DNA of 64,000 bases from an uncultured Acidobacteriota bacterium (GCA_963750915.1 CAVVSF010000008.1:517947-581946), one strand, 5' to 3'. Counted from the first letter of the stretch, positions 25,243 through 35,262 are shown. A program made the numbers and translations. The notes: generated by a model from the letters alone, not told the origin.

Positions 25243-26346
25243 ATGCCGAGAACGAAACCCATTCGCTACGGCGTCGTCGGCCTCGGCCACATCGCCCAGG
25301 TCGCCGTGCTGCCGGCTTTCGCGCACGCGCGCCGCAATTCCAGGCTGGTCGCCATCGTCAGCAGCGACCGCAGCAAGCGGCGCGAAGTGGCGAGGCGCTA
25401 CGGCCTGGACCACAGCTTTGCGTATGACGAGTTCGACGAATGCCTGAAGGTCGTCGACGCCGTCTACATCGCGCTGCCGAACTCGATGCACGCCGAGTAC
25501 ACGATTCGCGCCGCGCGCGCCGGGGTGCACGTGCTGTGCGAGAAGCCGATGGCCGTCACCGTCGAGGAGTGCCGCCGCATGATCGGCGCCTGCCGGAAAG
25601 GGGGCGTGAAGCTGATGATCGCCTACCGGCTGCACTTCGAGACCGTCAACCTGGCGGCGCTGGCGATGGCGCGGCAGGGCCGCCTCGGCGAGCTGAAGTT
25701 CTTCAACTCGTCGTTCTCGATGAAGGTCCGCCGCGGCGATATCCGGACCAAGCGGGACGCTGGCGGCGGGACGCTCTACGACATCGGCGTCTACTGCATC
25801 AACGCCGCCCGCAACCTGTTCGGCGCCGAGCCGACGCAGGTTTCAGCCGTCTCCATCAACAGCGGCCTCGCCTCGCTTGCCGAAATCGACGAGACGACGG
25901 CCGCCATCCTCCGCTTCGGTAACGATCGCGTCGCGAGCTTCGTCACCAGCTTCAACGCCTCGGATGTCGGTTCGTACCGCCTGGTCGGGACCAAGGGCGA
26001 TCTCCGCGTCGATCCGGCCTACGAATACGCCGAGGGACTGGGCTGGACGCTGACCGTCGACGGAAAGAAGACGAAAAAGGAGACGGGCAAGCGCGATCAG
26101 TTCGCGCCCGAGCTGATCTACTTCTCGGACTGCATCCTGAACGATCGCAAGCCGGAGCCTTCGGGCGAAGAAGGGCTGCAGGATGTCCGCATCGTCCAGG
26201 CGCTCTATCGGTCGGCCAGGACGGGTCGGCCGGTGTCAGTGCCGGCCTTCACCGACACGCACCGGCCCCGCCAGGCACAGCGAATCACGCGGCCAGGCAT
26301 ACGCAAGCCGCGCCTCGTCAAGGTACAGAGCGCAAGTCGCGATTGA
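25243..26346 (+). CDS. Gfo/Idh/MocA family NAD(P)-dependent oxidoreductase
   Basis: Rossmann N-terminus IRYGVVGLGHIAQVAVLPAF, then ALPNSMHAEYTIRAARAGVHVLCEKPMA. Confidence 0.9.
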   Translation: MPRTKPIRYGVVGLGHIAQVAVLPAFAHARRNSRLVAIVSSDRSKRREVARRYGLDHSFAYDEFDECLKVVDAVYIALPNSMHAEYTIRAARAGVHVLCEKPMAVTVEECRRMIGACRKGGVKLMIAYRLHFETVNLAALAMARQGRLGELKFFNSSFSMKVRRGDIRTKRDAGGGTLYDIGVYCINAARNLFGAEPTQVSAVSINSGLASLAEIDETTAAILRFGNDRVASFVTSFNASDVGSYRLVGTKGDLRVDPAYEYAEGLGWTLTVDGKKTKKETGKRDQFAPELIYFSDCILNDRKPEPSGEEGLQDVRIVQALYRSARTGRPVSVPAFTDTHRPRQAQRITRPGIRKPRLVKVQSASRD

Positions 26347-26360
26347 ACAAAGGAGTCGTT

Positions 26361-26525
26361 GTGGGAAACGCACCCGGCACGCCCCGGCGCGAAGGTGAAC
26401 AGGAGCCCCCCGAGGACGCGGACCGCCGTGAACTGAACCGCGAACCCGACGAAATCGCCGCGGAGCGCGCCCGCAAGCAGCAGGATTCAGAAGGAGTGAA
26501 TCCTGCGCCAACGCAGCGGGAATAA
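26361..26525 (+). CDS. Small acidic hypothetical protein (54 aa)
   Basis: GTG at 26361 is preceded by AAAGGAG (26349-26355). The product VGNAPGTPRREGEQEPPEDADRRELNREPDEIAAERARKQQDSEGVNPAPTQRE is low-complexity. Weak support. Confidence 0.3.
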   Translation: MGNAPGTPRREGEQEPPEDADRRELNREPDEIAAERARKQQDSEGVNPAPTQRE

Positions 26526-26551
26526 CCGCTGCGCCTCGCCGGCCACACGCC

Positions 26552-29191
26552 TTACTGCTGCCCGCGCCCGCCGCCGCGGCCGCGGCCGGCCGGTGTGAGC
26601 TCGGCATCGGTCCAGGGCTTGGTCCGCGTCTTCGTCAGGCCGCGGATCTCGGTGACGTCGTCGACCGCGACCGGAGAGCCGGTGTTGCCCCACTCGCGCC
26701 GGACGTAAGTCAGGACGGCGGCAATGTCATCGTCCTTGAGCGCGCCGCCGAGCGGCGGCATCAGGCCGACCGGCCCTTCCTTGCCGGCGAGCAGGATGCG
26801 AATCGACGCGCCGGCGTCCTGGCCCGACGTATAGCGCGACTCGACGAGCGGCGGCGCCATCTTTTCCTTGCCGCGTCCATCCACCTGGTGACACCCGAGG
26901 CAGAGGTTCTTGTAGATGTCGCTGCCGGCGGCGTAGCGCTTCTGTTCGTCGGCGGTCAACGGCGTGACCTCGACGACCGGCGTCGGCTTGTTAGGCCATT
27001 CGAGCTTGGCGACGATCCGCTTCGCCAGCGCGCCGCTCTCGTCAGCCGATGCCGCGAGCTTCACCAGTTCCGCCGGCTCGCCCGGCAGAACCGCAGGCTT
27101 GGCCGTCGGCGCCGCGGCGCCGCCACCACCACCTCCACCGCCCTGACCGCGACCGCCGCGACCGCCGCCGCTGGCGGGCAAACCCAGGTCCAGGCCTTCG
27201 AGCAGCGCCAGCCGCCGCGGCGCCGGCGTCGTCGCCGCTGTCGCGCTGCCGACGAGAGTCTGGACCGCTGCCGACTCGCCGCTGCGCGCCACCGCGGCGG
27301 TCAGCATCACTACCGCATCGCGCGGCGCCGCCGGTGCAGCCGCCACGCGCGTCAGCGCCGGCATTTCCGCGCCGCGCAGGCCGCTGATCGTCACGTCGAC
27401 GGTGATCGCATCCGCGCCGTACTTCGTGAGGATCGCAACCGCCGGGTCAAGGCGCGCCGGCGCCGGCAGCTCGCCGATCGTCGCTGCAAGCTGACGCCGC
27501 ACGGTCCATGACGGATCGTCGATCAGCTTGAGGACTGCTGCGGTGAGCGGTTGATCGGGCTGCGAGAGCCACCGTTCCGACAGGCGCACCGCGCCGGCGC
27601 GGACGTCGGGCGACTTGTCGCTCAGGGATCGCTGCACTTCCGCCGCCTCGAGCTCGCCAAGACCATCGAGCGTCCACAGCGCGTGCAGCTTGACGCGCCA
27701 GTCGGGCGTCTGCTGCGCCAGCTGCCGCAGCGCCGGCACCGCCGACTTGTCGCCGCGCTCGACGAGCAGCCGCTGCGCCGTGTCGCGCCACCAGCCGTTC
27801 GCGTGCGTCAGCGTCTTCACCAGTTCCGCGGGCGCCGCCTTCGAGAGCGCCGGCTTCTGATCGCGCTTGGTCGTGCTGTGCACGATCCGCCAGATGCGCC
27901 CGAGGTTCACCGGCCGCTCGAGATCGTGCGCCTTGATGTAGTCGCGCAGGAAATCCGTCCAGTAGATCTGTTCCTGGACGATGCCGCGGTACATGTCGAC
28001 GACGTAGAGCGTGCCGTCGGGGCCGCCGAGCATGTTGACGGGGCGGAACCGCTCGTCCGACGACGCCAGGATCTCACCTTTGGCGTATCCGTCGACCGCC
28101 TTCAACCGGCCGGTGCCGTCATCCTGGATCTTGTAACGATGCACCAGGTTGGTGGTCGAGTCGGTGATGAACGCATCGCCATACAGCTCCTTCGGCAGGC
28201 GATCGCCGCGGTAGATGACCGGCGTGCCCACGCCCTGGATCGTCACTGAGGTGTCGTCGGCGCGGAAGAACTGATCGCGATAGCCGCGGTTGACGCCGCG
28301 GGTGGCGCGGATCGGCCAGATCGTCGAGTCCTCGCGCGAGATCAGCGGGTCGTAGAGGCCGCGCGTCCGGACCAGGTTCGGATTCCGCGCGTAGTACTTC
28401 GCCGCGACGAAATCGACGAACAGCGGCGCGTCGTTGACGTTGCGATAGACCCGCCCGGCGTCGTCCATCGACGCCCCCCACTGGCCCCGGCGCAGCGCCG
28501 GCATGGTTTCGAACTTGCCGTTGCGGAGCTGGAGGTGCCACTCGTGCTCGGACGTGTAGATGATGTTGTCGAGCCCCCAGAGCAGGCTGTTGGCGTTGTG
28601 CTCGATGCTGGCGGCGGCGCGGCCGTACGAATCGCTGACGAGCTCCTTGCTATCCGCCTTGAGGTCGCCGTTCGTGTCCTTCATCAGCCAGAGGTTCGGC
28701 GGTTCCCCGACCAGCACCCCGGCGTCGAGGACCTTGAGCGCGCGCGGTAGTACCAGCTTGTCCGCGAACACCGTCCGCTTGTCCATCACGCCGTCGCCGT
28801 TCTCGTCCTCGAGCACGGCAAGGGTGTTGATCGGCTCGCGGGAGTTGGCGCCGCCGGGTTCGGACATGAAACCCTGCATCTCGAGCACCCACATCCGGCC
28901 GTCGGCGTCGAAGTCGATGGCAATCGGATCGACGACGAGCGGCTCCTTGGCGACCAGCTCGACGCGGTAGCCCGGCGGCAGCACCATCGTCTTCATTTCT
29001 TCTTCTGCGCTGAGGACCGGCGCCTTGTCAGGCGTCTTGCGGACGGCGGGCGGCCACTGGCCCCGGTTCTGAAACGCGTCCAGCCCGACGAGCGAGGCGA
29101 GACACACGAGGCCGACCGGAACAACGCGGGAGAGCCAGGGACTGGCGCGGCGCATCTGGAACAAGGCATCCTCTATGGCAGCGGCCGACAT
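26552..29191 (-). CDS. PVC-type heme-binding CxxCH protein: membrane-bound-dehydrogenase-like beta-propeller + HEAT repeats + C-terminal cytochrome c domain
   Basis: 879 aa. N-terminal domain MVLPPGYRVELVAKEPLVVDPIAIDFDADGRMWVLEM (TIGR02604-like). HEAT-like middle region (WRDTAQRLLVERGDKSAVPALRQL...). C-terminal KNLCLGCHQVDGRG...MPPL heme c motif (TIGR02603-like). Confidence 0.85.
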   Translation of the reverse strand: MSAAAIEDALFQMRRASPWLSRVVPVGLVCLASLVGLDAFQNRGQWPPAVRKTPDKAPVLSAEEEMKTMVLPPGYRVELVAKEPLVVDPIAIDFDADGRMWVLEMQGFMSEPGGANSREPINTLAVLEDENGDGVMDKRTVFADKLVLPRALKVLDAGVLVGEPPNLWLMKDTNGDLKADSKELVSDSYGRAAASIEHNANSLLWGLDNIIYTSEHEWHLQLRNGKFETMPALRRGQWGASMDDAGRVYRNVNDAPLFVDFVAAKYYARNPNLVRTRGLYDPLISREDSTIWPIRATRGVNRGYRDQFFRADDTSVTIQGVGTPVIYRGDRLPKELYGDAFITDSTTNLVHRYKIQDDGTGRLKAVDGYAKGEILASSDERFRPVNMLGGPDGTLYVVDMYRGIVQEQIYWTDFLRDYIKAHDLERPVNLGRIWRIVHSTTKRDQKPALSKAAPAELVKTLTHANGWWRDTAQRLLVERGDKSAVPALRQLAQQTPDWRVKLHALWTLDGLGELEAAEVQRSLSDKSPDVRAGAVRLSERWLSQPDQPLTAAVLKLIDDPSWTVRRQLAATIGELPAPARLDPAVAILTKYGADAITVDVTISGLRGAEMPALTRVAAAPAAPRDAVVMLTAAVARSGESAAVQTLVGSATAATTPAPRRLALLEGLDLGLPASGGGRGGRGQGGGGGGGGAAAPTAKPAVLPGEPAELVKLAASADESGALAKRIVAKLEWPNKPTPVVEVTPLTADEQKRYAAGSDIYKNLCLGCHQVDGRGKEKMAPPLVESRYTSGQDAGASIRILLAGKEGPVGLMPPLGGALKDDDIAAVLTYVRREWGNTGSPVAVDDVTEIRGLTKTRTKPWTDAELTPAGRGRGGGRGQQ

Positions 29192-29454
29192 TTTTGCGCC
29201 GCGCGGGCACTAGCATCGCCAATTTCTGCATGCAATGTCAAAGGCGCGGGTGAGCGTCGCCCGCGCCATCAGACGGCGCACCTGCGGCGGCTCGCGGGAC
29301 AGAGGCCAGTGAATTCAAGCCGATTGAACAGCGCGGGCCAGTTTGCCACGCGGCCTGACCTCCTTCCGAAATTCATTTCTGCATGCACACCCAGGAGTTG
29401 AGCCAGGGCAGGGGATGGCGACGGCCACGGACGATACCATGGTGCCGGCGTGAG

Positions 29455-32145
29455 ATGAGCCTCTGGACCGACCTCCTCTATTCCGTCCGCTCGCTGGCGC
29501 GCACCCCGCTCCTGACGTCCGCGCTGCTCCTCACGATCGCGCTCGGGATCGGCAGCAATGCCACGATCGCCGGCGTCGTCAACGGCCTCTTCACCAGCCG
29601 CCTGCCGCTGGCGGAGGCTGACCGGGCGGTCGTCCTCGTCGCGGCCGCCGATTCAAACGGTCCGGCCGCGCTCGACGCCGATCGCTATTTGTCGCTCCGC
29701 GGCCGCAGCGATCTGTTCGAACGGCTCGGGACGGTGACGGAGTCGCGGGCCATGGTGACACTCGAAGGCCGGTCGTCGGTCATGTCGGTCGCTGCCATCT
29801 CGCCCGACGTCGCGGCCATCCTCAATCTCGCGGGGTCGGACGGCGTCATCGTCAGCCACGCCCTGTGGTCGACGATCCTGAAGCAGCGCGATGACTTCCG
29901 CGGCATGCCGGTTGTGGTCGACCGGATCTCGTCCAGGATCGCGGGCGTCGCGCCGGACTGGCTGGCCGGCGTGTACGACGACCGGGCGATCGACGTCTGG
30001 ATGCCGCAGGAAGAACCAGGCCTGGACGGCAGCGCCGGTCGCGTCGAGACCGTGCTCGCACGGCTGCGGCCGGGTGTCTCGGCGGCCTCGGCGGCGTCCG
30101 CGCTGCGTAATCCTGGAGACGACGCGACCGCGCTGCGTCCCGCCGCAGGCGGCGCGACTGAGATCGAGGTCCACCCGTACACCGGCACCGAGGTCACCGC
30201 CGCGGCCGGCCTGGCGCGGATGAAGACGCTGCTGGCTATAGCCGCTGCCGGCGTCTTCATCGTCGCGTGCGGCAATGTCGGCGCGTTCCTGTTGTCGCGC
30301 GCCGCGTCGAGGGCGCGCGAGACGTCGGTCCGGGTCGCGCTCGGTGCAAGCCGGGCGCAGCTGGCGCGGCACGTGCTCGCCGACGCGATCGTCATCGCCA
30401 TCGGCGGCGGCGCCCTCGGCGCGCTGCTCGCGACCTGGACGGCTGGCGCGCTGCCGGCGTTGTTCTTCTCCGAGGACGCCGAGCGGCTGGTTTTCGCGCC
30501 GGACGGCAGCGGCATCGCCTTGGCCGTCGGCGTGTGTGCCGTCGTGATTGGCGGCTGCGCGATGCTGCCGCTGCTGGCGATGCGGCATGACGATCCGGCC
30601 GCGGTGCTGCGCCGCGAGAGCGCCGGGCCGTCAGTCGGCATCCACCGCCTCAAGACAGGCATGGTGATCCTCCAGATGACCTGCTGCTGCCTGCTCGTCG
30701 TCTCCGCGCTGCAGCTGGTCGCCGGGTTCCGCGGCGCGCTGCGCACCGGGCTCGGCACACGCCTGCGATCGTCGGTGCTGGCGACGGTCGAATCCACGCA
30801 TCGCTTCGCGCGTCCCGACCTCGGTTTCGCTTACTTCGCCGCCCTCGAGGCCACGGCGCGCGCCATGCCCGGCGTCGAGGTGACGGCGTTCGCAGATGCG
30901 ATGCCGGGCACACGCTCGGCGTGGCAGCCGATGCGGTTCGAGCCGCCGGCCGCACCGACCCGCGCCGTCACGCTCGACGCCGCAGAGTTCACCGCCGAAA
31001 CCTTCAAGTCGCTGGTAATGCCGCCGCGCGCCGGGCGCATGTTCGGCGGCGGAGATTCCAGGCACCGGTGTCCGGTCGTGGTGCTCAGCGAGCGCGCCGC
31101 GGCCGCGACCGATCCGGACGGGGCGATCGGACGCGAGCTCGTCGATCCCGCGGGCCAGCGCGTCCAGGTGATTGGCGTCGTCGCGGTCCGTCCCGGCGCT
31201 GCGGACGCACAGGACGAGCCAACCGTCTACTACTACGGCGACCAGGCTGGCATCCTCCGGCCGGCGCCCGGCCCGGCCCGCTTCGCCGTGCCCGATCCAT
31301 CGCAGACGACGCCCGGCACGCTCCACGTCAACGTCGTCAGCGCCGGCTACTTCGCGGCGATGGATCTCGAGCCGACGGCCGGCGCCGTCTTTCGCGACGA
31401 GCCATCGGCGCTCGACTGCGGCGTCGGCGTCATCAACGAGGCGGCGGCGAACCTCTACTTCCCCGCCGGCGCGATTGGCGGCGCGGCGATCGACGCCTCG
31501 GGCCGCCGCACCACGATCGTCGGCGTCGTGCGTCCCCCTGTGCTGCAGGCGGCGCAGCGGCGTCCCGAGCCAACGATCTATCTGCCGCTGTCGCAGAACT
31601 TCCTGTGGCGGATGACACTGGTGGCAGCGGGCACCGGCGATCAGCGCGAATTGACCTCGTCGATCGAGCGGCGGCTCGCCGCCGTCGAAGGCGGCGAGGT
31701 CAAGCGCGTGACGACGCTCGAGGATCACCTGGCGCGCACGGCGCTCGCCGGCGAGCGGATGGCGTCGACGCTGGTCGGCGCCGACGCGGCAATCGCGCTG
31801 GCGCTCGGCGGGCTCGGGCTGGCCGGGGCGATGAGCGATGCGGCCCGGCGGCGCCGGCGCGAGTTCGCGATCCGCACCGCGCTCGGTTCGCCGGCCTGGC
31901 GGATCATGCGCCAGGTGTTCGGCGAAGGCGCGCGGCTGGCGGGCACGGGCGCCGGTCTCGGGCTGCTGGGATCGGTGATCGTCAGCCGCTGGCTGACGCG
32001 CTGGACACCTGACGCGGCGACGCCCGCGATCCAGGGCTGGCTTACAGCAGCGGTACTGCTGCTCGTCTCGGTCGGCATTGCCTGCATCGTCCCGGCCCGC
32101 CGCGCTGCCACGGTCGATCCGCTTGCCGCGATGCGTGACGAGTAG
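29455..32145 (+). CDS. ADOP-family duplicated FtsX/MacB-type permease (no adjacent PadR or ATPase)
   Basis: ATG at 29455 gives MSLWTDLLYSVRSLARTPLLTSALLLTIALGIGSNATIAGVVNGLF... Two FtsX modules, ending ...VDPLAAMRDE like the 12474 paralog (...VNPVTALRAD). Confidence 0.9.
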   Translation: MSLWTDLLYSVRSLARTPLLTSALLLTIALGIGSNATIAGVVNGLFTSRLPLAEADRAVVLVAAADSNGPAALDADRYLSLRGRSDLFERLGTVTESRAMVTLEGRSSVMSVAAISPDVAAILNLAGSDGVIVSHALWSTILKQRDDFRGMPVVVDRISSRIAGVAPDWLAGVYDDRAIDVWMPQEEPGLDGSAGRVETVLARLRPGVSAASAASALRNPGDDATALRPAAGGATEIEVHPYTGTEVTAAAGLARMKTLLAIAAAGVFIVACGNVGAFLLSRAASRARETSVRVALGASRAQLARHVLADAIVIAIGGGALGALLATWTAGALPALFFSEDAERLVFAPDGSGIALAVGVCAVVIGGCAMLPLLAMRHDDPAAVLRRESAGPSVGIHRLKTGMVILQMTCCCLLVVSALQLVAGFRGALRTGLGTRLRSSVLATVESTHRFARPDLGFAYFAALEATARAMPGVEVTAFADAMPGTRSAWQPMRFEPPAAPTRAVTLDAAEFTAETFKSLVMPPRAGRMFGGGDSRHRCPVVVLSERAAAATDPDGAIGRELVDPAGQRVQVIGVVAVRPGAADAQDEPTVYYYGDQAGILRPAPGPARFAVPDPSQTTPGTLHVNVVSAGYFAAMDLEPTAGAVFRDEPSALDCGVGVINEAAANLYFPAGAIGGAAIDASGRRTTIVGVVRPPVLQAAQRRPEPTIYLPLSQNFLWRMTLVAAGTGDQRELTSSIERRLAAVEGGEVKRVTTLEDHLARTALAGERMASTLVGADAAIALALGGLGLAGAMSDAARRRRREFAIRTALGSPAWRIMRQVFGEGARLAGTGAGLGLLGSVIVSRWLTRWTPDAATPAIQGWLTAAVLLLVSVGIACIVPARRAATVDPLAAMRDE

Positions 32146-32179
32146 CTCGGCCGCTCCGTTGGCTTTTGCCGCTCGCGAC

Positions 32180-32348
32180 CTAATCTCAACCGAGGGGCTT
32201 CACCCCTCGGACTCCCCGACTGGCTTCCGCCTCCGCTGAGGCTACGGCGAGACCTCGCCAAAGCGCCTCCGGCGCGAAGGCGGGCGCTCGCGGAGGCCCC
32301 GGGCCCCGCTCCGCTCCCCAGGCTCACTCGCTCCCGCTCGCTCGCGCG
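32180..32348 (-). repeat. Dispersed repeat family R1, full-length copy A (inverted relative to copies B and C)
   Basis: The reverse complement shares with 39065-39228 the blocks GAGCGAGTGAGCC, GCCCGCCTTCGC, GGCGAGGTCTCGCCGTAGC, GCGGAGGCGGAAGC and GTCGGGGAGTYCGAGGGGYGAAGCCCCTCG. Confidence 0.8.
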
Positions 32349-32397
32349 TTTATGAGATAGCTTGTAGCGTAGGAAGAGATCGAAATCAAAGGAGCAG

Positions 32398-32898
32398 ATG
32401 ATGGCCATCGCGGAAAGCTTCCTGCAGGAACTCGAACAGGAGGCGCGCACGACGGAGCGCGTGCTCGAACGTGTCCCGGACGCCCAGCTCGACTGGCGGC
32501 CGCACCCGAAGTCGTACAGCCTGGGTCAACTGGCCCTGCACGTCGCGCAGATTCCAGGCGCAGTCGCCACGCTCGCGATGCAGCCGGTGGCTAACGCGCC
32601 GCAGTTCGTCCAGGAACGCGCCGCCGCCAGCGCCGACCTCGTCCCGGCGCTCCGCCAGAGCGTGACGCAGGCGAAAGCGGCGCTCGCCGGCGCCAGCGAC
32701 GAGACGATGCTCGACACGTGGCGGCTGGTCGCCGGCGACCGCGAGATCATGGCGATTCCACGCGCCAGCTTTCTCCGGTCGGTCATGCTGAACCACTGGT
32801 ATCACCACCGCGGCCAGCTGCTCGTCTATTTGCGCCAGCTCGACGTCCCCGTGCCGTCGGTATACGGGCCAAGCGCCGACGAGAACCCGTTCGCGTAG
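32398..32898 (+). CDS. DinB-family protein
   Basis: 166 aa. FLQELEQEARTTERVLERVPDAQLDWRPHPKSYSLGQLALHVA...HWYHHRGQLLVYLR is the DinB four-helix signature. Confidence 0.85.
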   Translation: MMAIAESFLQELEQEARTTERVLERVPDAQLDWRPHPKSYSLGQLALHVAQIPGAVATLAMQPVANAPQFVQERAAASADLVPALRQSVTQAKAALAGASDETMLDTWRLVAGDREIMAIPRASFLRSVMLNHWYHHRGQLLVYLRQLDVPVPSVYGPSADENPFA

Positions 32899-32990
32899 AA
32901 CCGCCTGCCGGGTTTTTCCCGCTGGCAGCGGGCGACGGCGGCGTTCTACAGTAGCGGCGCGCGGCGATGGGCCGCGGCACAGTGGAGGCA

Positions 32991-33356
32991 ATGAGGATGA
33001 AGATGAAGCGTTTGCTGACCGCTCTCGCGCTGGTGCTGGCGACGTTCGCCACAGCAACGGCCGCCTTCGATCCGACCGGCACCTGGGTCTTCGTCATGGA
33101 AACGCCCGGCGGCGAACGGAACGCGACGGTCGTCATGAAGCTCGACGGCGATAAGGTGACCGGCACCTGGGAAGATCAGCCGCTCGAGGGCACGTTCAAG
33201 GGAGACGTGCTGAACCTCTCGTTCCCCTTCACGTCGGGGGAGAACGGCCAGAAGGCGACGCTCACGATTGCCGCCAAGCTCGAGGCCGACGTGCTCGCCG
33301 GCACGTGGGCCTTCGGCGAGTACGGCGGCAACTTCAAGGGCACGCGAAAGAAGTAG
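32991..33356 (+). CDS. Small secreted beta-rich protein with GTW motifs (unknown family)
   Basis: ATG at 32991 is preceded by GGAGG (32984-32988). Signal peptide [24 protein letters not shown]. Mature part [53 protein letters not shown]...[21 protein letters not shown]. Confidence 0.6.
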   Translation: MRMKMKRLLTALALVLATFATATAAFDPTGTWVFVMETPGGERNATVVMKLDGDKVTGTWEDQPLEGTFKGDVLNLSFPFTSGENGQKATLTIAAKLEADVLAGTWAFGEYGGNFKGTRKK

Positions 33357-33375
33357 ACGCCGGAGGGGCGCACCC

Positions 33376-34167
33376 GTGAAGACGCTGAGCCTCGTTGCGG
33401 CGATCGCCGTCGCGGCTGCGACCGCCGCGGCGGGACAGACGATCGATCTCTCGCGATATCAGATCGTCGATCTGTCGCATGCGTTCGGCGCCGGCACGCT
33501 CTACTGGCCGACGTCGGCGTCGAAGTTCGGGCTGAAACAGGAGGCCAACGGACCGACGCCCGGCGGCTGGTTCTACTCCGCCAACACCCTGAGCACCCCG
33601 GAGCATGGCGGTACCCACCTCGATGCGCCGCGGCACTTCTCCGAGAAGGGACGGACCGCGGACGAGATTCCGCTCGAACAGCTCGTCGCACCGGCTGTCG
33701 TCATCGACGTGACGAAGGACGCCGCCGCCGACCGCGACTACCGGCTGACCCGCGACGCTGTCCTCGCCTTCGAGAAAGCGCACGGGCAGATCGCGCGCGG
33801 TACGGTAGTGCTGCTGCGGACAGGGTGGAGCCGCTTCTGGCCGGACGCGCGAAGCTACCTGGGCGACGACACGCCGGGCGACGCCTCGAAGCTGTCGTTT
33901 CCGTCGTACGGCGTCGAGGCGGCGAGGTTGCTGGTCGAGGAGCGCGGCGTCGCGGCGCTAGGCATCGACACGGCTTCGATCGACTACGGCCGCTCGAGCG
34001 ATTTCCAGGTTCATCGCGTCGCGGCAGCGCGCAACGTGCCTGGCCTCGAGAACCTTACGAACCTGGATCGGCTGCCGGCGCGGGGCGCGATGATCGTCGC
34101 CCTGCCGATGAAGATCGAGGGCGGCTCCGGCGGACCGCTGCGAGCGATTGCGCTCGTGCCGCGTTGA
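33376..34167 (+). CDS. Cyclase-family protein (kynurenine-formamidase-like, PF04199)
   Basis: GTG at 33376 with a signal peptide VKTLSLVAAIAVAAATAAAG. Motifs VDLSHAF and EHGGTHLDAPRHF (the HxGTHxDxPxH metal site). Confidence 0.85.
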   Translation: MKTLSLVAAIAVAAATAAAGQTIDLSRYQIVDLSHAFGAGTLYWPTSASKFGLKQEANGPTPGGWFYSANTLSTPEHGGTHLDAPRHFSEKGRTADEIPLEQLVAPAVVIDVTKDAAADRDYRLTRDAVLAFEKAHGQIARGTVVLLRTGWSRFWPDARSYLGDDTPGDASKLSFPSYGVEAARLLVEERGVAALGIDTASIDYGRSSDFQVHRVAAARNVPGLENLTNLDRLPARGAMIVALPMKIEGGSGGPLRAIALVPR

Positions 34168-34170
34168 TGG

Positions 34171-34593
34171 CTACTTCTTGTGCTTGAGGTCGAGCGTTCC
34201 CGCCAGCACCTCGCTGCCGTTGGCTTTCGCCCGCGCTGACCAGGTTCCCTTCGCCGAGCCAGCTTCGAATGTCAGGTCGAGATGGATCTCGATCTGGCCC
34301 TCCGGGGGAAAATCGTAGACGGCCATCATCTTCTTGCCGTCGAACTTCAAGGCCCGGAAGGTCGCCTGGTAGGGCGTGTCGCCGGTGACCGACACGCGGC
34401 CGGCGTCCGGACCGTCCTTGCCCTTCTCCAGCGTCAGCTCGAACCCGCCGCTGCCGCCCCCGCCATCCCACGTTCCCGACCACACGCCGACGAGGTCGGC
34501 GGGCACGATGCCGCCGGTCTGGCGGGCCTGAACCACTGCCGCACTCAATGCGAGCGCGAAGATCACGCCGAGTCGAAGTCGATTGGTCATCAT
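34171..34593 (-). CDS. Small secreted beta-rich protein with GTW motifs, distant paralog of 32991-33356
   Basis: 140 aa with signal peptide MMTNRLRLGVIFALALSAAVVQA. Mature part ...VGVWSGTWDGGGGSGGFELTLEKGKDG...AKGTWSARAKANGSEVLAGTLDLKHKK. Confidence 0.6.
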   Translation of the reverse strand: MMTNRLRLGVIFALALSAAVVQARQTGGIVPADLVGVWSGTWDGGGGSGGFELTLEKGKDGPDAGRVSVTGDTPYQATFRALKFDGKKMMAVYDFPPEGQIEIHLDLTFEAGSAKGTWSARAKANGSEVLAGTLDLKHKK

Positions 34594-34741
34594 CCTGCCT
34601 CGTGATCGAGCGCTGGGTAGAGTGAATCGCCGAAGAGTCTACTCCGGCCGCAAGATTGCACACAATGCGGGCGGAGGAACGCGGAGTCGATGGCGTCAGG
34701 GTGTCAAAGATGATGGCGTCGGCTTCGCTACGGTAAGTTCG

Positions 34742-35239
34742 ATGCTGCGACTGACCGCCGACCGCACCCGTCCTGCCCGCGGCCTCGATTACGTTCACAG
34801 CGACATCGTCGTCGCGGCGCCGCTCGAGTCGACGTTCGAGTTCTTCGCCGACGCGGCGAACCTGCAGAAGCTGACGCCGCCGTGGCTCAGCTTCCAGATC
34901 CTCTCGCGCGGGCCGGTCACGATGCGGGAAGGTCTGGAGATTGAGTACAGGATCGCGCTTTACGGCGTGCCCGTACCGTGGCTGACGCGGATCGACGTTT
35001 GGGAGCCTGGCTCGCGATTCGTCGACCGCCAGCTCATCGGCCCGTACCGGTGGTGGCACCACGAGCACCGGTTCGAAGCCACCGACGCCGGCACCCGCGT
35101 CATCGATCATGTCGAGTTCCTGCCGCGCGCGCGCTGGATCAGCCGCAGGCTGGTCCGCCGCGACGTAACGCGGATCTTTGCCTACCGGCGCCAGACGCTG
35201 CAGCAGATCTTCGGGACAGGCGTGTCGACGCGCGAGTGA
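34742..35239 (+). CDS. SRPBCC (polyketide cyclase/dehydrase-like) family protein
   Basis: ATG at 34742. VHSDIVVAAPLESTFEFFADAANLQKLTPPWLSFQILS...GPYRWWHHEHRFEA is typical of SRPBCC/CoxG-like proteins. Confidence 0.8.
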   Translation: MLRLTADRTRPARGLDYVHSDIVVAAPLESTFEFFADAANLQKLTPPWLSFQILSRGPVTMREGLEIEYRIALYGVPVPWLTRIDVWEPGSRFVDRQLIGPYRWWHHEHRFEATDAGTRVIDHVEFLPRARWISRRLVRRDVTRIFAYRRQTLQQIFGTGVSTRE

Positions 35240-35262
35240 CGCCGCCCCCATGACGCGCCGCC

